A DNA stretch of 64,000 bases from Candidatus Poribacteria bacterium (GCA_963665235.2 CAXXLX010000001.1:1344001-1408000), one strand, 5' to 3'. Positions 35,795 through 47,052 are shown, counted from the first letter of the stretch. Translations and numbers: made by a program. Notes: generated by a model from the letters alone, not told the origin.

Positions 35795-38511
35795 TGTTGC
35801 GCATGAGCTATAATTTTCTCACCATAACCGTACTTTTTATGCTCAGTGGGTGTGCGCTTTTCCCGAAAACACCGCCTGCTTCCCCAACTGACCCGTTGAT
35901 TGTGCGGAATCAGAAATGGCGCGAGTATATCGCCCAAGGCACTAGCGAATTAGAGAACGGCAATCTGCGAAGCGCGCTTATCGCTTACCAAGCTGCCCAA
36001 GCAATCCGTCCAGATTCCAGCCAAACGCAACATAAAATCGCTCAGATTTATTTTCAACTTGAAGAGTATGAAAACGCACGGGACGCATTTGTAGCCGCTT
36101 TGGCATTGGCACCGAACAACATCGTAGCTCTTAACGCTATCGGATACATCTCCGAAAAACTAAACGATTATGCAGCCGCAGCACAGTACTATGAACGTGT
36201 TCTCACGATTTCATCAGATAATCTCTATGCGTTGAATCACCTCGGTTTGGCATATAAACAGTTAAACCGGTTTGATGAAGCATTGACGATGCTACGAAAG
36301 GCGTTAGCACTTGACCCGAAGTGTCAGCAGCCTGAAAGTCAAAATTTACACAATTACTTGGGATTAATCTATCTCGAACAGGGGGAGGTTGGCGAAGCCA
36401 TCGCGGAACTGCGGGAATCCATTCGGTTATTTCCACAAGATGTTTGGGCAAGGCAGCAGCTCGCCTCGCTTTACGAAGACCATCAGCGGTACTTTGAGGC
36501 ACGCCTGCAATATCAGCAACTCTTGGCGGTTGACCCAGACAACCTTCTCGCCGTGACGCGGCTGCAAGCACTATCACAATTGAACCCCACACCGCTTCAG
36601 GCGGTCAAAGTCCCCCCCGTACGGCTTTTGACTCCGGCGGTTGAAGAAATTATCGAGAACGCCCCGGATGCTAGCGATTATCCAAACGCTGATGCACTTA
36701 TTCTATTCAACCACTTCAGCCATGATGTTTTGCCGACAGGGAGGTCGCGCTACACCACCCATCAGGTCGTTAAACTTCTCACGGAAAGAGGTATCCAAAA
36801 ATACGGGGACATTGCCATCCCGTATCAACCGAACGCCCAAAATATCCAAGTGAATATTGCCCGAACAATCGCAGCGGACGGCACAGAACTCCAACCGCCC
36901 GATGAGGCATTCAACGACGTAACACCCCCCGGCTTATTGGCGCGAAACCTCTATTCCGATATGATGTGGCGAGTCATCTCCATGGTTGGCCTCACACCCG
37001 GGGTCTGCATTGAATATCAGGTGACGCTTGAAGATAAAACAGAGCAGGCTGCAGGCAGCGAAACGTGGATTACGGGGGGATACAATTTCCAAGGCACAGA
37101 ACCAACCCTTGAGACAACTTACGCCCTCCGAATCCCGCAGGCATTCCCCCTCCAATGGAAATTTGATAACTCTGAATTAACCCCGAAGATATCTTACCAA
37201 GAAAATGATACCGTTGTGTATATTTGGCACACCGGTTATATGCCACCCCTGAAAATAGAGGAAGGCATGCCACCTATTAATGACATTGCACCCCGATTAC
37301 GGTACTCTACTATCGCGTCATGGAACGATGTCTATGCCTGGTATAAAGAACTCGCGAAAGATAGGTATGCCCCGGATACACACATGGCGGAAACTGTTCA
37401 GCACTTGACAGAAAATCTAACAACTGACGCAGAGAAAATTCGGGTTATCTACCACTTTGTCACGAAACAGATTCGGTATGTCGGCATTGAACTTGGCCAG
37501 AGCGCATATCAACCTACACATGCTACCGAAGTCCTTCAAAACCGATATGGAGATTGTAAAGATAAAACAACGCTTCTCATCACAATGCTGGAACTGGCGG
37601 GTATTAAAGCATACCCTGTTATGATTAGCGCAGCCCCTTACGAACGGGTTAATACCGATTTGCCTTCGCTAAACCAATTTAATCACATGCTCGCCGCAAT
37701 TCCTCTTGGCGGTGATAATTATATATGGATGGACGCAACCTCTGACACCTGTACATATCGCGACCTGCCCTATAGAGACCAAGGGCGTACCGGGTTTCTC
37801 ATAGGCGATACGCATGGCACCTTCGTCGATATACCTATCTTTCCAGCGGAATCCAATCAACTTCTGTCAACGACAGAATTATGGATAAATAGAGATGGCA
37901 ACGGACATGGCGAAATTCGCATTCGGCTGAAAGGAGAGTACAGCCAGAACGCACGTTGGACATATCAACAGGTGCCCCCGGAGGAGTGGAAAAATACCTT
38001 CGCCGCTGAACTGAGCCAGCAATTTCAGGATATTCATATCGAGGCTGTTACCATCTCCGAATTGAGCAATCTTGACGTACCGGTGGAAATCAGTATCGGT
38101 TTTCAGGTCAGTAATCACCTGACGCAGTTAGAGAACCGAAGCCTCCTTCCGTTGCCGATTGATGAGTTTGGAGATTACGCAGCTTTAGTCGCCGCAGCGG
38201 AACGGACATATCCGCTTAACATGGGGCATCCCATGAAACTTGAAAAGACAATCCAGATTCATCTGCCAGCGGGATGGACAGTCGCGCTACCGCAGAATAT
38301 ACAACACGACACAGATTTCGCAACGTTGGAAAGAGAGTGCACCCAGCTTGACAATTTAGTCTCTTACCGGCTCACCTTTACGCTCAAGCGGGGGACAATC
38401 CCTGCAACAGCATACTCAGCCGCAAAAATGTTTTTTAAACAACTATCGAGTGAAGATGGAAGCCGCTTGCTCCTAAACATAGAGAGGGACAGCGGGCAGA
38501 CGTTACAGTGA
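35794..38511 (+). CDS. Lipoprotein: TPR repeats + DUF3857 + transglutaminase-like domain
   Basis: LSGC lipobox; TPRs; IRYVGIE.G; GDCKDK, FNHM, MDAT (Cys-His-Asp). Confidence 0.85.
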   Translation: MLRMSYNFLTITVLFMLSGCALFPKTPPASPTDPLIVRNQKWREYIAQGTSELENGNLRSALIAYQAAQAIRPDSSQTQHKIAQIYFQLEEYENARDAFVAALALAPNNIVALNAIGYISEKLNDYAAAAQYYERVLTISSDNLYALNHLGLAYKQLNRFDEALTMLRKALALDPKCQQPESQNLHNYLGLIYLEQGEVGEAIAELRESIRLFPQDVWARQQLASLYEDHQRYFEARLQYQQLLAVDPDNLLAVTRLQALSQLNPTPLQAVKVPPVRLLTPAVEEIIENAPDASDYPNADALILFNHFSHDVLPTGRSRYTTHQVVKLLTERGIQKYGDIAIPYQPNAQNIQVNIARTIAADGTELQPPDEAFNDVTPPGLLARNLYSDMMWRVISMVGLTPGVCIEYQVTLEDKTEQAAGSETWITGGYNFQGTEPTLETTYALRIPQAFPLQWKFDNSELTPKISYQENDTVVYIWHTGYMPPLKIEEGMPPINDIAPRLRYSTIASWNDVYAWYKELAKDRYAPDTHMAETVQHLTENLTTDAEKIRVIYHFVTKQIRYVGIELGQSAYQPTHATEVLQNRYGDCKDKTTLLITMLELAGIKAYPVMISAAPYERVNTDLPSLNQFNHMLAAIPLGGDNYIWMDATSDTCTYRDLPYRDQGRTGFLIGDTHGTFVDIPIFPAESNQLLSTTELWINRDGNGHGEIRIRLKGEYSQNARWTYQQVPPEEWKNTFAAELSQQFQDIHIEAVTISELSNLDVPVEISIGFQVSNHLTQLENRSLLPLPIDEFGDYAALVAAAERTYPLNMGHPMKLEKTIQIHLPAGWTVALPQNIQHDTDFATLERECTQLDNLVSYRLTFTLKRGTIPATAYSAAKMFFKQLSSEDGSRLLLNIERDSGQTLQ

Positions 38512-38582
38512 GGGGGAGGGGACCTCGCCCCTACGGCACACACAAATGAAACCGGTGAGGGCGAAGAGACCTCGCCCCTACG
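38511..38582. repeat. REP-like palindromes (GGGCGAGG-N3/4-CCTCGCCC-CTAC family)
   Basis: Two copies here; relatives at 54472-54491, 56035-56054, 56099-56121. Confidence 0.7.
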
Positions 38583-38611
38583 ACACAATTTGATGAGGAG
38601 ATTTTTAAAAT

Positions 38612-40216
38612 ATGAACGAAAACAGAAAGCCGAACATAGTTCTCATTCTGAACGACGATATGGGATTCTCCGACCTAGGCTGCTACGGCGGCGAAGTCCA
38701 TACGCCACACCTCGACCGGCTCGCCGCAGGCGGGCTCCGGTTCACGCAGTTTTACAATACCGCGCGCTGTTGTCCCTCTCGCGCCTCCATGTTAACCGGG
38801 CTACACCCGCATCAAACCGGTGTCGGCCACATGATGGGGGACGATGGCCTAGACGGATATCGTGGCGACCTCAATGACCGATGTATTACAATTGCTGACG
38901 CTGTGCATTCAGAAGGCTACGGCACATATATGAGCGGCAAATGGCATATCTCCCGACACACCGGCCCGGACGGGCCGAAACACAGTTGGCCCTGCCAACG
39001 CGGGTTTGATAACTACTACGGAATCATCACCGGGGCAGCGAACTTTTGGAAACCAAATACATTGACGCGGGATAACACGCGGATAGAGAATAGTGAACTG
39101 CCAGAAGGCTATTTCCTTACGGATGCTATCAGCGATGAAGCGGTGAAATTTATCCAGAATCATCACGATAAGAAAGCAGATAGTCCGTTCTTCACCTATG
39201 TGGCATATACTGCCCCCCACTGGCCCCTGCATGCACACGAAGAAGATATCGCCACATACAATGGACGTTTTGCAGCAGGATGGGATGAACTGCGGGAAGA
39301 ACGGTTAGCACGGATGCGTGAGATGAAAATTTTGGATGAATCGTGGCGACTCACCGAACGCGACCCGTCACAACGCCCGTGGTCTGAAGCGGAACATAAG
39401 GCGTGGAATCAACGCCGTATGGAGGTCTACGCTGCACAAATCACACGCATGGACGCAGGCATCGGACGAATTATCAATACACTCGAGGAAACAGGACAAT
39501 TGGATAACACGCTTATCCTATTCTTAGCGGATAACGGCGGTTGCGCGGAAGAACTCGGCGGCCCCCCAGCGAGACGGGATGGCGGTTCACTTATCAGCAC
39601 ACAGACCACCTCCGATGGACAACCGGTCTACCGTGGGAACGACCCCGGTATTATGCCCGGCCCTGAAACAACCTATCAGAGCTACGGCGTTCCCTGGGCA
39701 AATCTGTCCAATACACCGTTCCGTTTATACAAACATTGGGTACATGAAGGCGGTATTGCTACCCCCCTCATCGCACATTGGCCCGATGCGATAAAATCGG
39801 CCGGTGAACTCCGCCATCAACCCGGCCAGCTTCCCGATATTATGGCAACGTGCCTTGAGGTTTCAGGCGCGACATACCCCGAAGAACACAACGGTAAACC
39901 GATTTTGCCATTAGAGGGCACGAGTTTAGTCCCAACTTTCGAGGGAAATGATAACAGCAAGGATATCCTGCTTTGGGAACATGAAGGCAATTGCGCTGTC
40001 CGTCAAGGCGATTGGAAACTGGTCTGTCGATTTCCTGGCGATTGGGAGCTCTACGATTTGCAAGCGGAACGCACAGAACTCAACAACATCGCTGACAAAC
40101 ATCCGCAGAAGGTAAAAGAGCTAGACGGTTTGTACCAAGACTGGGCAAACCGCTGCTTTATCTATCCGTGGGACAAGCTCCAAGAACACCGTAGACAACG
40201 TCGGCAGCAGAGATAG
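38612..40216 (+). CDS. Arylsulfatase (formylglycine-dependent)
   Basis: DDMG, CCPSRASMLTG, GKWH, TAPHWP, ADNG. Confidence 0.93.
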   Translation: MNENRKPNIVLILNDDMGFSDLGCYGGEVHTPHLDRLAAGGLRFTQFYNTARCCPSRASMLTGLHPHQTGVGHMMGDDGLDGYRGDLNDRCITIADAVHSEGYGTYMSGKWHISRHTGPDGPKHSWPCQRGFDNYYGIITGAANFWKPNTLTRDNTRIENSELPEGYFLTDAISDEAVKFIQNHHDKKADSPFFTYVAYTAPHWPLHAHEEDIATYNGRFAAGWDELREERLARMREMKILDESWRLTERDPSQRPWSEAEHKAWNQRRMEVYAAQITRMDAGIGRIINTLEETGQLDNTLILFLADNGGCAEELGGPPARRDGGSLISTQTTSDGQPVYRGNDPGIMPGPETTYQSYGVPWANLSNTPFRLYKHWVHEGGIATPLIAHWPDAIKSAGELRHQPGQLPDIMATCLEVSGATYPEEHNGKPILPLEGTSLVPTFEGNDNSKDILLWEHEGNCAVRQGDWKLVCRFPGDWELYDLQAERTELNNIADKHPQKVKELDGLYQDWANRCFIYPWDKLQEHRRQRRQQR

Positions 40217-40266
40217 CACGTTGTATAATTCGGGTGGATATGTCCAATATCCACCCATACCCTAAG

Positions 40267-41364
40267 TTACGAGCTACACGGAAGCATCTTCAAACAGACC
40301 GGTGCCGGTACCTCTACAACATCTCCTGTCGCGGTCAGTTCACCGGTATCCGCATCAACCGCAAACGTAACAATCGTATCTGTTTGCTGATTGGCGGCTA
40401 GGAGAAAAGTGCCAGCGGGTGTCAATCCAAAGTTCCGTGGGGTTTTCCCTTGCGTCGATTCACAATCGATGTAATTCAACATGCCGGTATCCGCATCAAT
40501 CGCATAGATAACGATGCTATCATGCCCACGATTTGACCCGTAAACAAATTTACCAGAGGGGTGGACGTGGACATCCGCGCAGTGACTGGTACCCTCAAAA
40601 TCCTCGGGGAGCGTTGATAGTGTTTGGATTTCAGTGAGTGTTCCCGTATCCGCGTCATACCGAAACGCCGTGAACGTAGAATCCAACTCATTAATCACGT
40701 ACGCATATTTACCGCTCGGATGGAAATCAAGGTGCCGTGGGCCTGCCCCCGGATGCACCTGAGCCGAAGGTTGGGCATTAGGGATAAGTTTACCCGCCTC
40801 CAAATCCAATTGATAGATGAGGACTTTATCAAGCCCGAGGTCAGGTACAAAGGCGAAACGGTTGTCAGGGGCAATCATAATCGCATGGGCATGCGGGGCC
40901 GATTGTCGACCCGGGTTGACGCTGGAGCCGCTGTGCTGAACGAAATCGGAGGCTTCCCCAAGCCGTCCATCTTTCCCAATAGGCAGCGCAGCGACACTCC
41001 CGCCCCCGTAATTTGCTACAAGTAGATATTTGCCTGTAGCGTCTACACTCACATGGCAGGGCGCACCGCCACCCGTAGCACGTTGATTAAGATAGCTAAT
41101 CTCTCCCGTAGCCTGATGGATGTAAAACGCTGTGACCGCACCACTAGCTTGCCCCTCAAATTCACCGACTTCATTGACCGAGTAGAGATAACGACCGCTT
41201 GGATGAATATCCAAAAACGAAGGATTTTCAACGCCTATAACCTTACTCGAATATTCTAAGGCACCTGTCTCGCTATCCAAGCGATAAACGTAGATTCCTT
41301 CGCTATCGCCGTGCGTATAGGTGCCAACGTATACATAATAGTCTTGATTGTTCTCTTGAGCCAT
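40267..41364 (-). CDS. pgl: 6-phosphogluconolactonase (beta-propeller lactonase)
   Basis: YVGTYT, NPSF, PHAH, GAGPRH, SNRGHDS, TPRNF. Confidence 0.85.
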   Translation of the reverse strand: MAQENNQDYYVYVGTYTHGDSEGIYVYRLDSETGALEYSSKVIGVENPSFLDIHPSGRYLYSVNEVGEFEGQASGAVTAFYIHQATGEISYLNQRATGGGAPCHVSVDATGKYLLVANYGGGSVAALPIGKDGRLGEASDFVQHSGSSVNPGRQSAPHAHAIMIAPDNRFAFVPDLGLDKVLIYQLDLEAGKLIPNAQPSAQVHPGAGPRHLDFHPSGKYAYVINELDSTFTAFRYDADTGTLTEIQTLSTLPEDFEGTSHCADVHVHPSGKFVYGSNRGHDSIVIYAIDADTGMLNYIDCESTQGKTPRNFGLTPAGTFLLAANQQTDTIVTFAVDADTGELTATGDVVEVPAPVCLKMLPCSS

Positions 41365-41565
41365 TGTTGATATTCTCCTTTTACCGAGCCCCGGGAGGTG
41401 CGGTTTTCAAGCCACACCATCAAGCGCAAACTGTACGTTAAATTAAGACTGCTAGGAAATTTATGTTGTTTTTACAGAAATTAGTATATCACATTCAACG
41501 AGAAAAGACAAACCTTTTTTGGGCAACTACCCTGCTGCACTATCCCCGTGGGTTGAAACCCAACG

Positions 41566-43170
41566 CTAAAGCCTTGCGATTTTTAAGCAAGTCTCTTCAC
41601 TCTCTTGATACCCGATGCGAATCGCTTTTGCCCGAACGGTAGTTTCACCCTCCGGTAAACGCAGCGGTTCCGTATATAACCGCCAGCGCACATCTTCACC
41701 CTGCTCTGTCGTGTAGGCAATAGATGCACCTTGTGTGGAACAGTGGAGCTGTAAAAGTAGGGGCCCTTCCCACTCCCCGCTCTCATCTGCGACCGCTCTT
41801 CCCGGATTGGACGCGTTAATTGGAATAAAGATAGGCGCTGCCGTTCGCGGTTGTGTCCCATTGGGGTACCACCTACCAACCATCTGTTCCTCTGAAATAT
41901 CCCCCATATCTCCAAACTCAGATTGCCACTGTGTGAGTGCTGCACGCATCCGCTCAAGCACTGTTTCATGGGCTGCATCCGCTGCTAAGTTGTTGAGTTC
42001 ATACCGGTCATTTTCAACGTCATAAAGTTCTTCGGCAGGTCTCGGTGAACGGAACATAACCGATTGTGCTTCGTTCAGTTTACCTTCAGCATGAAGTCGC
42101 CACATCTCCTGCATCACCGGGTGACGGTTCCGATAAGGAATCCAGAGCAGGTAAGGCTTCTCTATGTAATAATTTCGGATGTATTTATACTTTTTATCAC
42201 GAACAGCACGCACCATGTCGTAAGATTCATCGTACCGGTCACGCGTTGCAAAGATATACTCGCGTTCCCTCCGTTGCGGACCGAGGAAGGGTTGTCCCTG
42301 TAAGTGTTGCGGTGCCTGCACCCCACACAGCGAAAGCACAGTTGGGCCAAGGTCAATCAAACTTACCAATTGATTGACCTCACTTCCTGCCTCAAGTGCT
42401 CCGGGCCAACGCACGATTAACGGTATCCGGATTCCTGCATCATAGGGCCACCGTTTTCCGCGGGGGAGGCCCTCACCGTGGTCGCTCCAGAGAAAAACGA
42501 TAGTGCTTTCTGCAAGTCCATCCTCTTCCAACTGGTCTAACAATTGCCCGACACGTGCGTCAGCTGTGGCGAGGTTATCGTATTGACGTGCTAGTGCAGC
42601 GCGTGCCTTCGGTGTATCCGGCAGATAGGGGGGTAGCTGCACGTCATCTGGGTTCGTCGTAAGCGGTCTATCGTCTCGTTCCCACATTCCGCTTTCATGC
42701 GTAACGGTTGGGTTAAAGACTGAAAAGAAGGGTTGTCCCTCCTCACGATTTCGCCAATGCCCTTTGTTGCTACAGTCATCCCACGCGGTAATAGGCGGTG
42801 TGAACTGATAATCTGTCTTGCTGTTGTTCGTGCAATAGTAGCCCGCGGCTCTCAGGTATTCCGTAAACGTTTTGACATAAGGCGGGGGGACAGCAGAATA
42901 AGGTGTTGGCATATCCGGTGTGTTTCGGTTCGTATGTGTTGTCCGCATGTGATGGGTGCCGATAGATGTTTGATACATGCCGGTAATAATGGCGGAACGG
43001 CTCGGTGCACAGACCCCGGCTGTTGAAAACGCATTGGGGAATCGGCATCCCCCTACAGCGAGTCTATCGATATTTGGTGTGCGCGCCAATGTATCGCCGT
43101 AGCAACCGAAACGCGGTGTTGTGTCCTCTAAAGAAATCCAAAGAATGTTTGGACGGTTTTGTGTGCTCAT
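41566..43170 (-). CDS. Sulfatase with C-terminal FN3/chitobiase-like domain
   Basis: CAPSRSAIITG, SDHG, DRYDE; C-terminal 'GASIAYT...LYTEP'. Confidence 0.9.
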   Translation of the reverse strand: MSTQNRPNILWISLEDTTPRFGCYGDTLARTPNIDRLAVGGCRFPNAFSTAGVCAPSRSAIITGMYQTSIGTHHMRTTHTNRNTPDMPTPYSAVPPPYVKTFTEYLRAAGYYCTNNSKTDYQFTPPITAWDDCSNKGHWRNREEGQPFFSVFNPTVTHESGMWERDDRPLTTNPDDVQLPPYLPDTPKARAALARQYDNLATADARVGQLLDQLEEDGLAESTIVFLWSDHGEGLPRGKRWPYDAGIRIPLIVRWPGALEAGSEVNQLVSLIDLGPTVLSLCGVQAPQHLQGQPFLGPQRREREYIFATRDRYDESYDMVRAVRDKKYKYIRNYYIEKPYLLWIPYRNRHPVMQEMWRLHAEGKLNEAQSVMFRSPRPAEELYDVENDRYELNNLAADAAHETVLERMRAALTQWQSEFGDMGDISEEQMVGRWYPNGTQPRTAAPIFIPINASNPGRAVADESGEWEGPLLLQLHCSTQGASIAYTTEQGEDVRWRLYTEPLRLPEGETTVRAKAIRIGYQESEETCLKIARL

Positions 43171-43198
43171 ATCCTTTCCTTTTGTGAGTGTTCCGATA

Positions 43199-44035
43199 TT
43201 ACGGGTTCCAGCAACCTTCGGTATACCCATCTCGCATGAACAGTTTTTTCCGTTCCGGTGTTGCCCGTTCTATCCATTCCGCAGGAATTTCTTGGGTGTA
43301 ACGATGCGGCGGTCCTGCTTCTTTGAAAATGTCTATGTTGAAGATACGGTAGAGCTGCGGGGAATTTGCTGGTTTTGCCTCTACTGCATGGAAGATACGT
43401 GCGTCGATGTAGACCATACTGCCCGGTGGCAATTCGAGTCGTCTCTCTTCCAAGGTGCATCCCGCCTCTGCGTCAAATTCACCTGCAAGCATTCGTTCCG
43501 GTGTCGCTTCTCTTGTAGGTGCGACCCGATGGCTGCCCGCTATAACCTTGAGATTCCGATCGCCGCGGGTGAAACCGTTCGGATAGTACAAAATCTGGAT
43601 ATAATAGTTATCACGCTCCGCAAGGTTGACCGGGTTCTCGTGTTTCCAATGGTGGTGGTCTTGATGATACTGAATGGGGCCGATACCACGAGGTGCAATG
43701 TTAAGGGCGGAGTGACAGAAGTGGTACGCGTCCCCGATAGTTGCCTGTATCAATGCTGTAATAAACGGATCATCGATGAGGCGGTCGCTATAATCCCCGC
43801 GCTCGTTCCAGGGACGAATAAAATAGGCGCGCTGCTGTTCATCACCGTTGTTCAACGCCTCAATGTACCGACGCACCGGCTCAAAATGTTGTGTGATTTC
43901 TTCAATTAAGCCTTCCCTGCCAACGTCAGTGAAAACATCCGGATACGCAATGTATCCATCGTTATGAAATGAATCAATGTCTTCCTGAGAGGGGCCTGAT
44001 AAGCGAAAGAGTGAATCAAATTTGACTGTTCCCAT
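43199..44035 (-). CDS. PhyH family dioxygenase
   Basis: YHQD, IAGSH, IFHA, R. Confidence 0.85.
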   Translation of the reverse strand: MGTVKFDSLFRLSGPSQEDIDSFHNDGYIAYPDVFTDVGREGLIEEITQHFEPVRRYIEALNNGDEQQRAYFIRPWNERGDYSDRLIDDPFITALIQATIGDAYHFCHSALNIAPRGIGPIQYHQDHHHWKHENPVNLAERDNYYIQILYYPNGFTRGDRNLKVIAGSHRVAPTREATPERMLAGEFDAEAGCTLEERRLELPPGSMVYIDARIFHAVEAKPANSPQLYRIFNIDIFKEAGPPHRYTQEIPAEWIERATPERKKLFMRDGYTEGCWNP

Positions 44036-44191
44036 GATGTTCCTCCTGTTATTGTTTTTATTCATCCAGCCTGATAGATTTCGTTTGACTTTTAATTCGT
44101 TTATAAGGTACAATTCTGTTATGTTTTGATGTGTGCAAAAAATATTTTCGTACTAACACGTCCAATCTGATGGGACGATAGGAGAAAAACA

Positions 44192-44434
44192 TTGCAAAAT
44201 TTCGACCGTATAACATTCAATCCAAATGTGATGGGCGGTAAACCGTGTATCCGTGGCATGCGGGTTACCGTTGGAACAGTTGTTGGATTAGTTGCCTCCG
44301 GCTATTCCAATGCGGAGATTCTGAAAGCCTACCCTTATTTGGAAGAAGAGGATATTCGTCAATCCCTCGTCTATGCTGCATGGCGAGTTCAAGAAATCGA
44401 AGTACCGTTGAACACTTATGAAAGTGCTAATTGA
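44192..44434 (+). CDS. DUF433 antitoxin-like protein
   Basis: GGKPCIRGMRVTV...YPYLEEEDI...L.YAA. Confidence 0.9.
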   Translation: MQNFDRITFNPNVMGGKPCIRGMRVTVGTVVGLVASGYSNAEILKAYPYLEEEDIRQSLVYAAWRVQEIEVPLNTYESAN

Positions 44435-44792
44435 TATGAACCTCTCGCCTGAGTGGGTTAATGTGCTTGAACAGCACGGATTATACGCTGCTCATTGGCG
44501 AGAAATAGGTGACCCGCGCGCGTCAGATAACACTATCATGGCTTGGGCGCGCGAAAACGGTTATATTGTTCTTACACAAGATCTGGACTTTGGAACACTG
44601 CTGGCAACCACTAATGTACGAGGGCCGAGTGTGATTCAAGTTCGCGCAAAGGATGTTATGCCTCAGACCTTGGGAGAATTATTAGTCAAGATAATTTATC
44701 AACACAAGTCTACTTTAGAAAAAGGTGTTTTGATTACAGTGACCCAAGATCGGGTTCGGTTACGAACTCTCCCTTTTGTAGTAAACAGTTGA
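44418..44792 (+). CDS. DUF5615 PIN-like toxin (partner of DUF433)
   Basis: MKVLIDMNLSP, D..I..WA, LTQDLDFG, PSVIQ. Confidence 0.88.
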   Translation: MKVLIDMNLSPEWVNVLEQHGLYAAHWREIGDPRASDNTIMAWARENGYIVLTQDLDFGTLLATTNVRGPSVIQVRAKDVMPQTLGELLVKIIYQHKSTLEKGVLITVTQDRVRLRTLPFVVNS

Positions 44793-44843
44793 GCTTCAAA
44801 CTACGCCAAAATTTTGCTTTGCCAAATCTCGCGATGTATTGCA

Positions 44844-45524
44844 TCACAATTGCCTTGCGACAATAGCTTTCAAAATCTGAACGATGCATTCAGCTTCAAA
44901 AAGTCCGTTATACACTCGCGAGGAATCAACAGTAAAGGTCGGTTTCTCTGTCTCAATACCGTCGACGATACCGCGAACAAAGGTCCAGCTTTCGTAGACA
45001 GTATAGCAGCCAAAGATTTCCTGTAATCCTTCAGATGGCGTTTCCGATTGCGGTCCTGCATCACTTTTCCAATTGAGCCATGCAGCGGCGAGCATTTCAC
45101 CGTAGAGTTGAACCTGCGGGTCGGAAGCGTGAACGCCACGTTTTGCCTCATGCACGATGATGAAATAGGGAGCTTGCGGTTTTCCTGCTGCAGCGGGAGC
45201 GAGCGCACCATCTGCCTCCCCTTCAAGTTGAAAAGCAGGATAGGTGGCCTTCAGGGAAATACCTGACCAAGCTTGAACGTAAGACCGCTCTGCAAGAACT
45301 AAAAACGGATAGATTGCACGTGCCCAAAGCGTGGCTTCATTCATAACGACGAGGTCACGTTCGCGCAGAATTGATTTAAGATAGTCAATCTGTGCATCTT
45401 CTGCCGGTGTTAAGCCGCCCCTCTGTAGGTCCACCCATGTGTCAGATACACCGACCTGTATCCGTAGGGTTACAAGCGTTCTGAGCGTTTCCTCAGACAG
45501 CTGTGATAAAGTATAGGTTTCCAT
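44844..45524 (-). CDS. Hypothetical protein, possible PD-(D/E)XK-fold
   Basis: 'LEGEADG...VHEAKRG...DPQVQLYGEMLAA...FGCYT...WTF'. Confidence 0.55.
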   Translation of the reverse strand: METYTLSQLSEETLRTLVTLRIQVGVSDTWVDLQRGGLTPAEDAQIDYLKSILRERDLVVMNEATLWARAIYPFLVLAERSYVQAWSGISLKATYPAFQLEGEADGALAPAAAGKPQAPYFIIVHEAKRGVHASDPQVQLYGEMLAAAWLNWKSDAGPQSETPSEGLQEIFGCYTVYESWTFVRGIVDGIETEKPTFTVDSSRVYNGLFEAECIVQILKAIVARQL

Positions 45525-45539
45525 GCCTTGAACCCCCTT

Positions 45540-47012
45540 TTACATTCTACTATGTCCTTCCTGTTCAAACCTATCTAGCAAGGCGGTTAACCGTTGCACA
45601 ATTTCCGGACGATTTGACCAGAGATTGTCAGTTTCCTGCGGGTCGTTATAGATATGATAGAGCTGCCCGGGGGTGTCCGGTTTGGGCCCGCCATCGCTCG
45701 GTGGTGGCCATCCGCCTGAGCCCTGTGTGCCTATAATCAATTTCCATTCGTTATGCCGTATAGAAAAAACGCCATTACTGGAGTGATGCACGATTGCCTC
45801 GCGAAGCGGTTTTTCTGTCTCTTCACCCAACAAAGCGGGCAAAATGTTGCAACTATCCTGTCCTGCATCGTCGGGAATATCCGTTCCGACAATTGCTGCG
45901 CATGTTGCCATCAGGTCTGTTAGGCAGGCGAGTGCATCGGTTTCAGTATTCGGTTCAATGACACCGGGCCAACGTGCGATGAGCGGTTCACGATGTCCAC
46001 CTTCCCAGATGTGTGCCTTATAGCCGCGCCAATCGCCGCAGGATTTATGGTCGTAAAGATTGTACGGCATCGGACTATTAGTGCCGCGAATTCGGTCACC
46101 GGGCAACGCGCCGTTATCGCTCGTAACGAAAATCAGCGTCTCATCGGTTTTACCTGTGCGGTCTAACGCCTCCATCACCTCACCGACCATCCAATCTACT
46201 AACCAGACCAAATCGCCCCGCGGTCCAGCACTGCTTTGGTCACGTGCAAATTCCGGTACAACCTCTACAACACACGGTTCATGGGGTGCGGAGGGGGTTA
46301 GATAGAGAAAAAACGGCTCATCTGAATCGGCTTGTGCGTCAATATATTCCACAGCCTTCTGTGAAATCATTGGGTCAGCATCTTTATGTTGCCAACTTGG
46401 TGCGGTCATCCCCGGTCGTCCCGTAAAATCTGGTACGCCGCGGTATTCACTCGGAATTTCAACGAAAGCGTCATTCTCAATAAAACCGTAAGGGGGCTGG
46501 CACGTTGGGCACCCGGAGGTTCCGTAGAAATAATCGAAACCGATTGCATTCGGTCCACCTGTCAATGGCGCGTGAAAATCGATATGTTCCTCCAATTCAC
46601 GTTTCGCATTGCCCCAGGGCAGTGGGGCATCGAAATCGTAGTCGTAGCCCGGTGTCGTTGAAAAACCGAGTCCTAAGTGCCACTTCCCGACGCAGGCGGT
46701 ATTGTATCCTGCATCTTTCAGCAAACCTGCCACTGTCAAACGTTCCGATTCAATTAAAGGCGGTTCGTATCCGTAAAGCACACCTCGCTTGAGGCGGCTT
46801 CGCCAGCAATACCTCCCTGTTAAAACCCCGTACCGTGTAGGTGTGCAGACTGCGGAAGGGGAGTGCGCGTCAGTGAACCGTATTCCTTCCTGTGCAAGTC
46901 TATCCATATTCGGTGTGGGAATTTTTGAGTCGGGGTTATAGCAACCGACATCGCCGTATCCCATATCGTCTGCCATGATAAAAACAATGTTCGGTAATTT
47001 TTGATTGTGCAT
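45540..47012 (-). CDS. Arylsulfatase
   Basis: ADDMGYGD, CTPTRYGVLTGR, GKWHLG, TSDNG. Confidence 0.93.
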   Translation of the reverse strand: MHNQKLPNIVFIMADDMGYGDVGCYNPDSKIPTPNMDRLAQEGIRFTDAHSPSAVCTPTRYGVLTGRYCWRSRLKRGVLYGYEPPLIESERLTVAGLLKDAGYNTACVGKWHLGLGFSTTPGYDYDFDAPLPWGNAKRELEEHIDFHAPLTGGPNAIGFDYFYGTSGCPTCQPPYGFIENDAFVEIPSEYRGVPDFTGRPGMTAPSWQHKDADPMISQKAVEYIDAQADSDEPFFLYLTPSAPHEPCVVEVVPEFARDQSSAGPRGDLVWLVDWMVGEVMEALDRTGKTDETLIFVTSDNGALPGDRIRGTNSPMPYNLYDHKSCGDWRGYKAHIWEGGHREPLIARWPGVIEPNTETDALACLTDLMATCAAIVGTDIPDDAGQDSCNILPALLGEETEKPLREAIVHHSSNGVFSIRHNEWKLIIGTQGSGGWPPPSDGGPKPDTPGQLYHIYNDPQETDNLWSNRPEIVQRLTALLDRFEQEGHSRM

Positions 47013-47052
47013 ATTTCACCAATAGAACGTAGTGTTTACCAAAGGGCATCTT

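Noticed and set aside
40232-40257. Palindrome GGGTGGATAT..ATATCCACCC as a mobile element
   Set aside because: A single short hairpin between convergent genes; best explained as a terminator or REP-like site.
43121-43909. Long antisense ORFs (also 4370-4969 and 32244-32906)
   Set aside because: Shadows of well-supported genes on the opposite strand.
44192-44792. DUF433/DUF5615 pair as a novel system
   Set aside because: A common, already described PIN-type toxin-antitoxin pairing.
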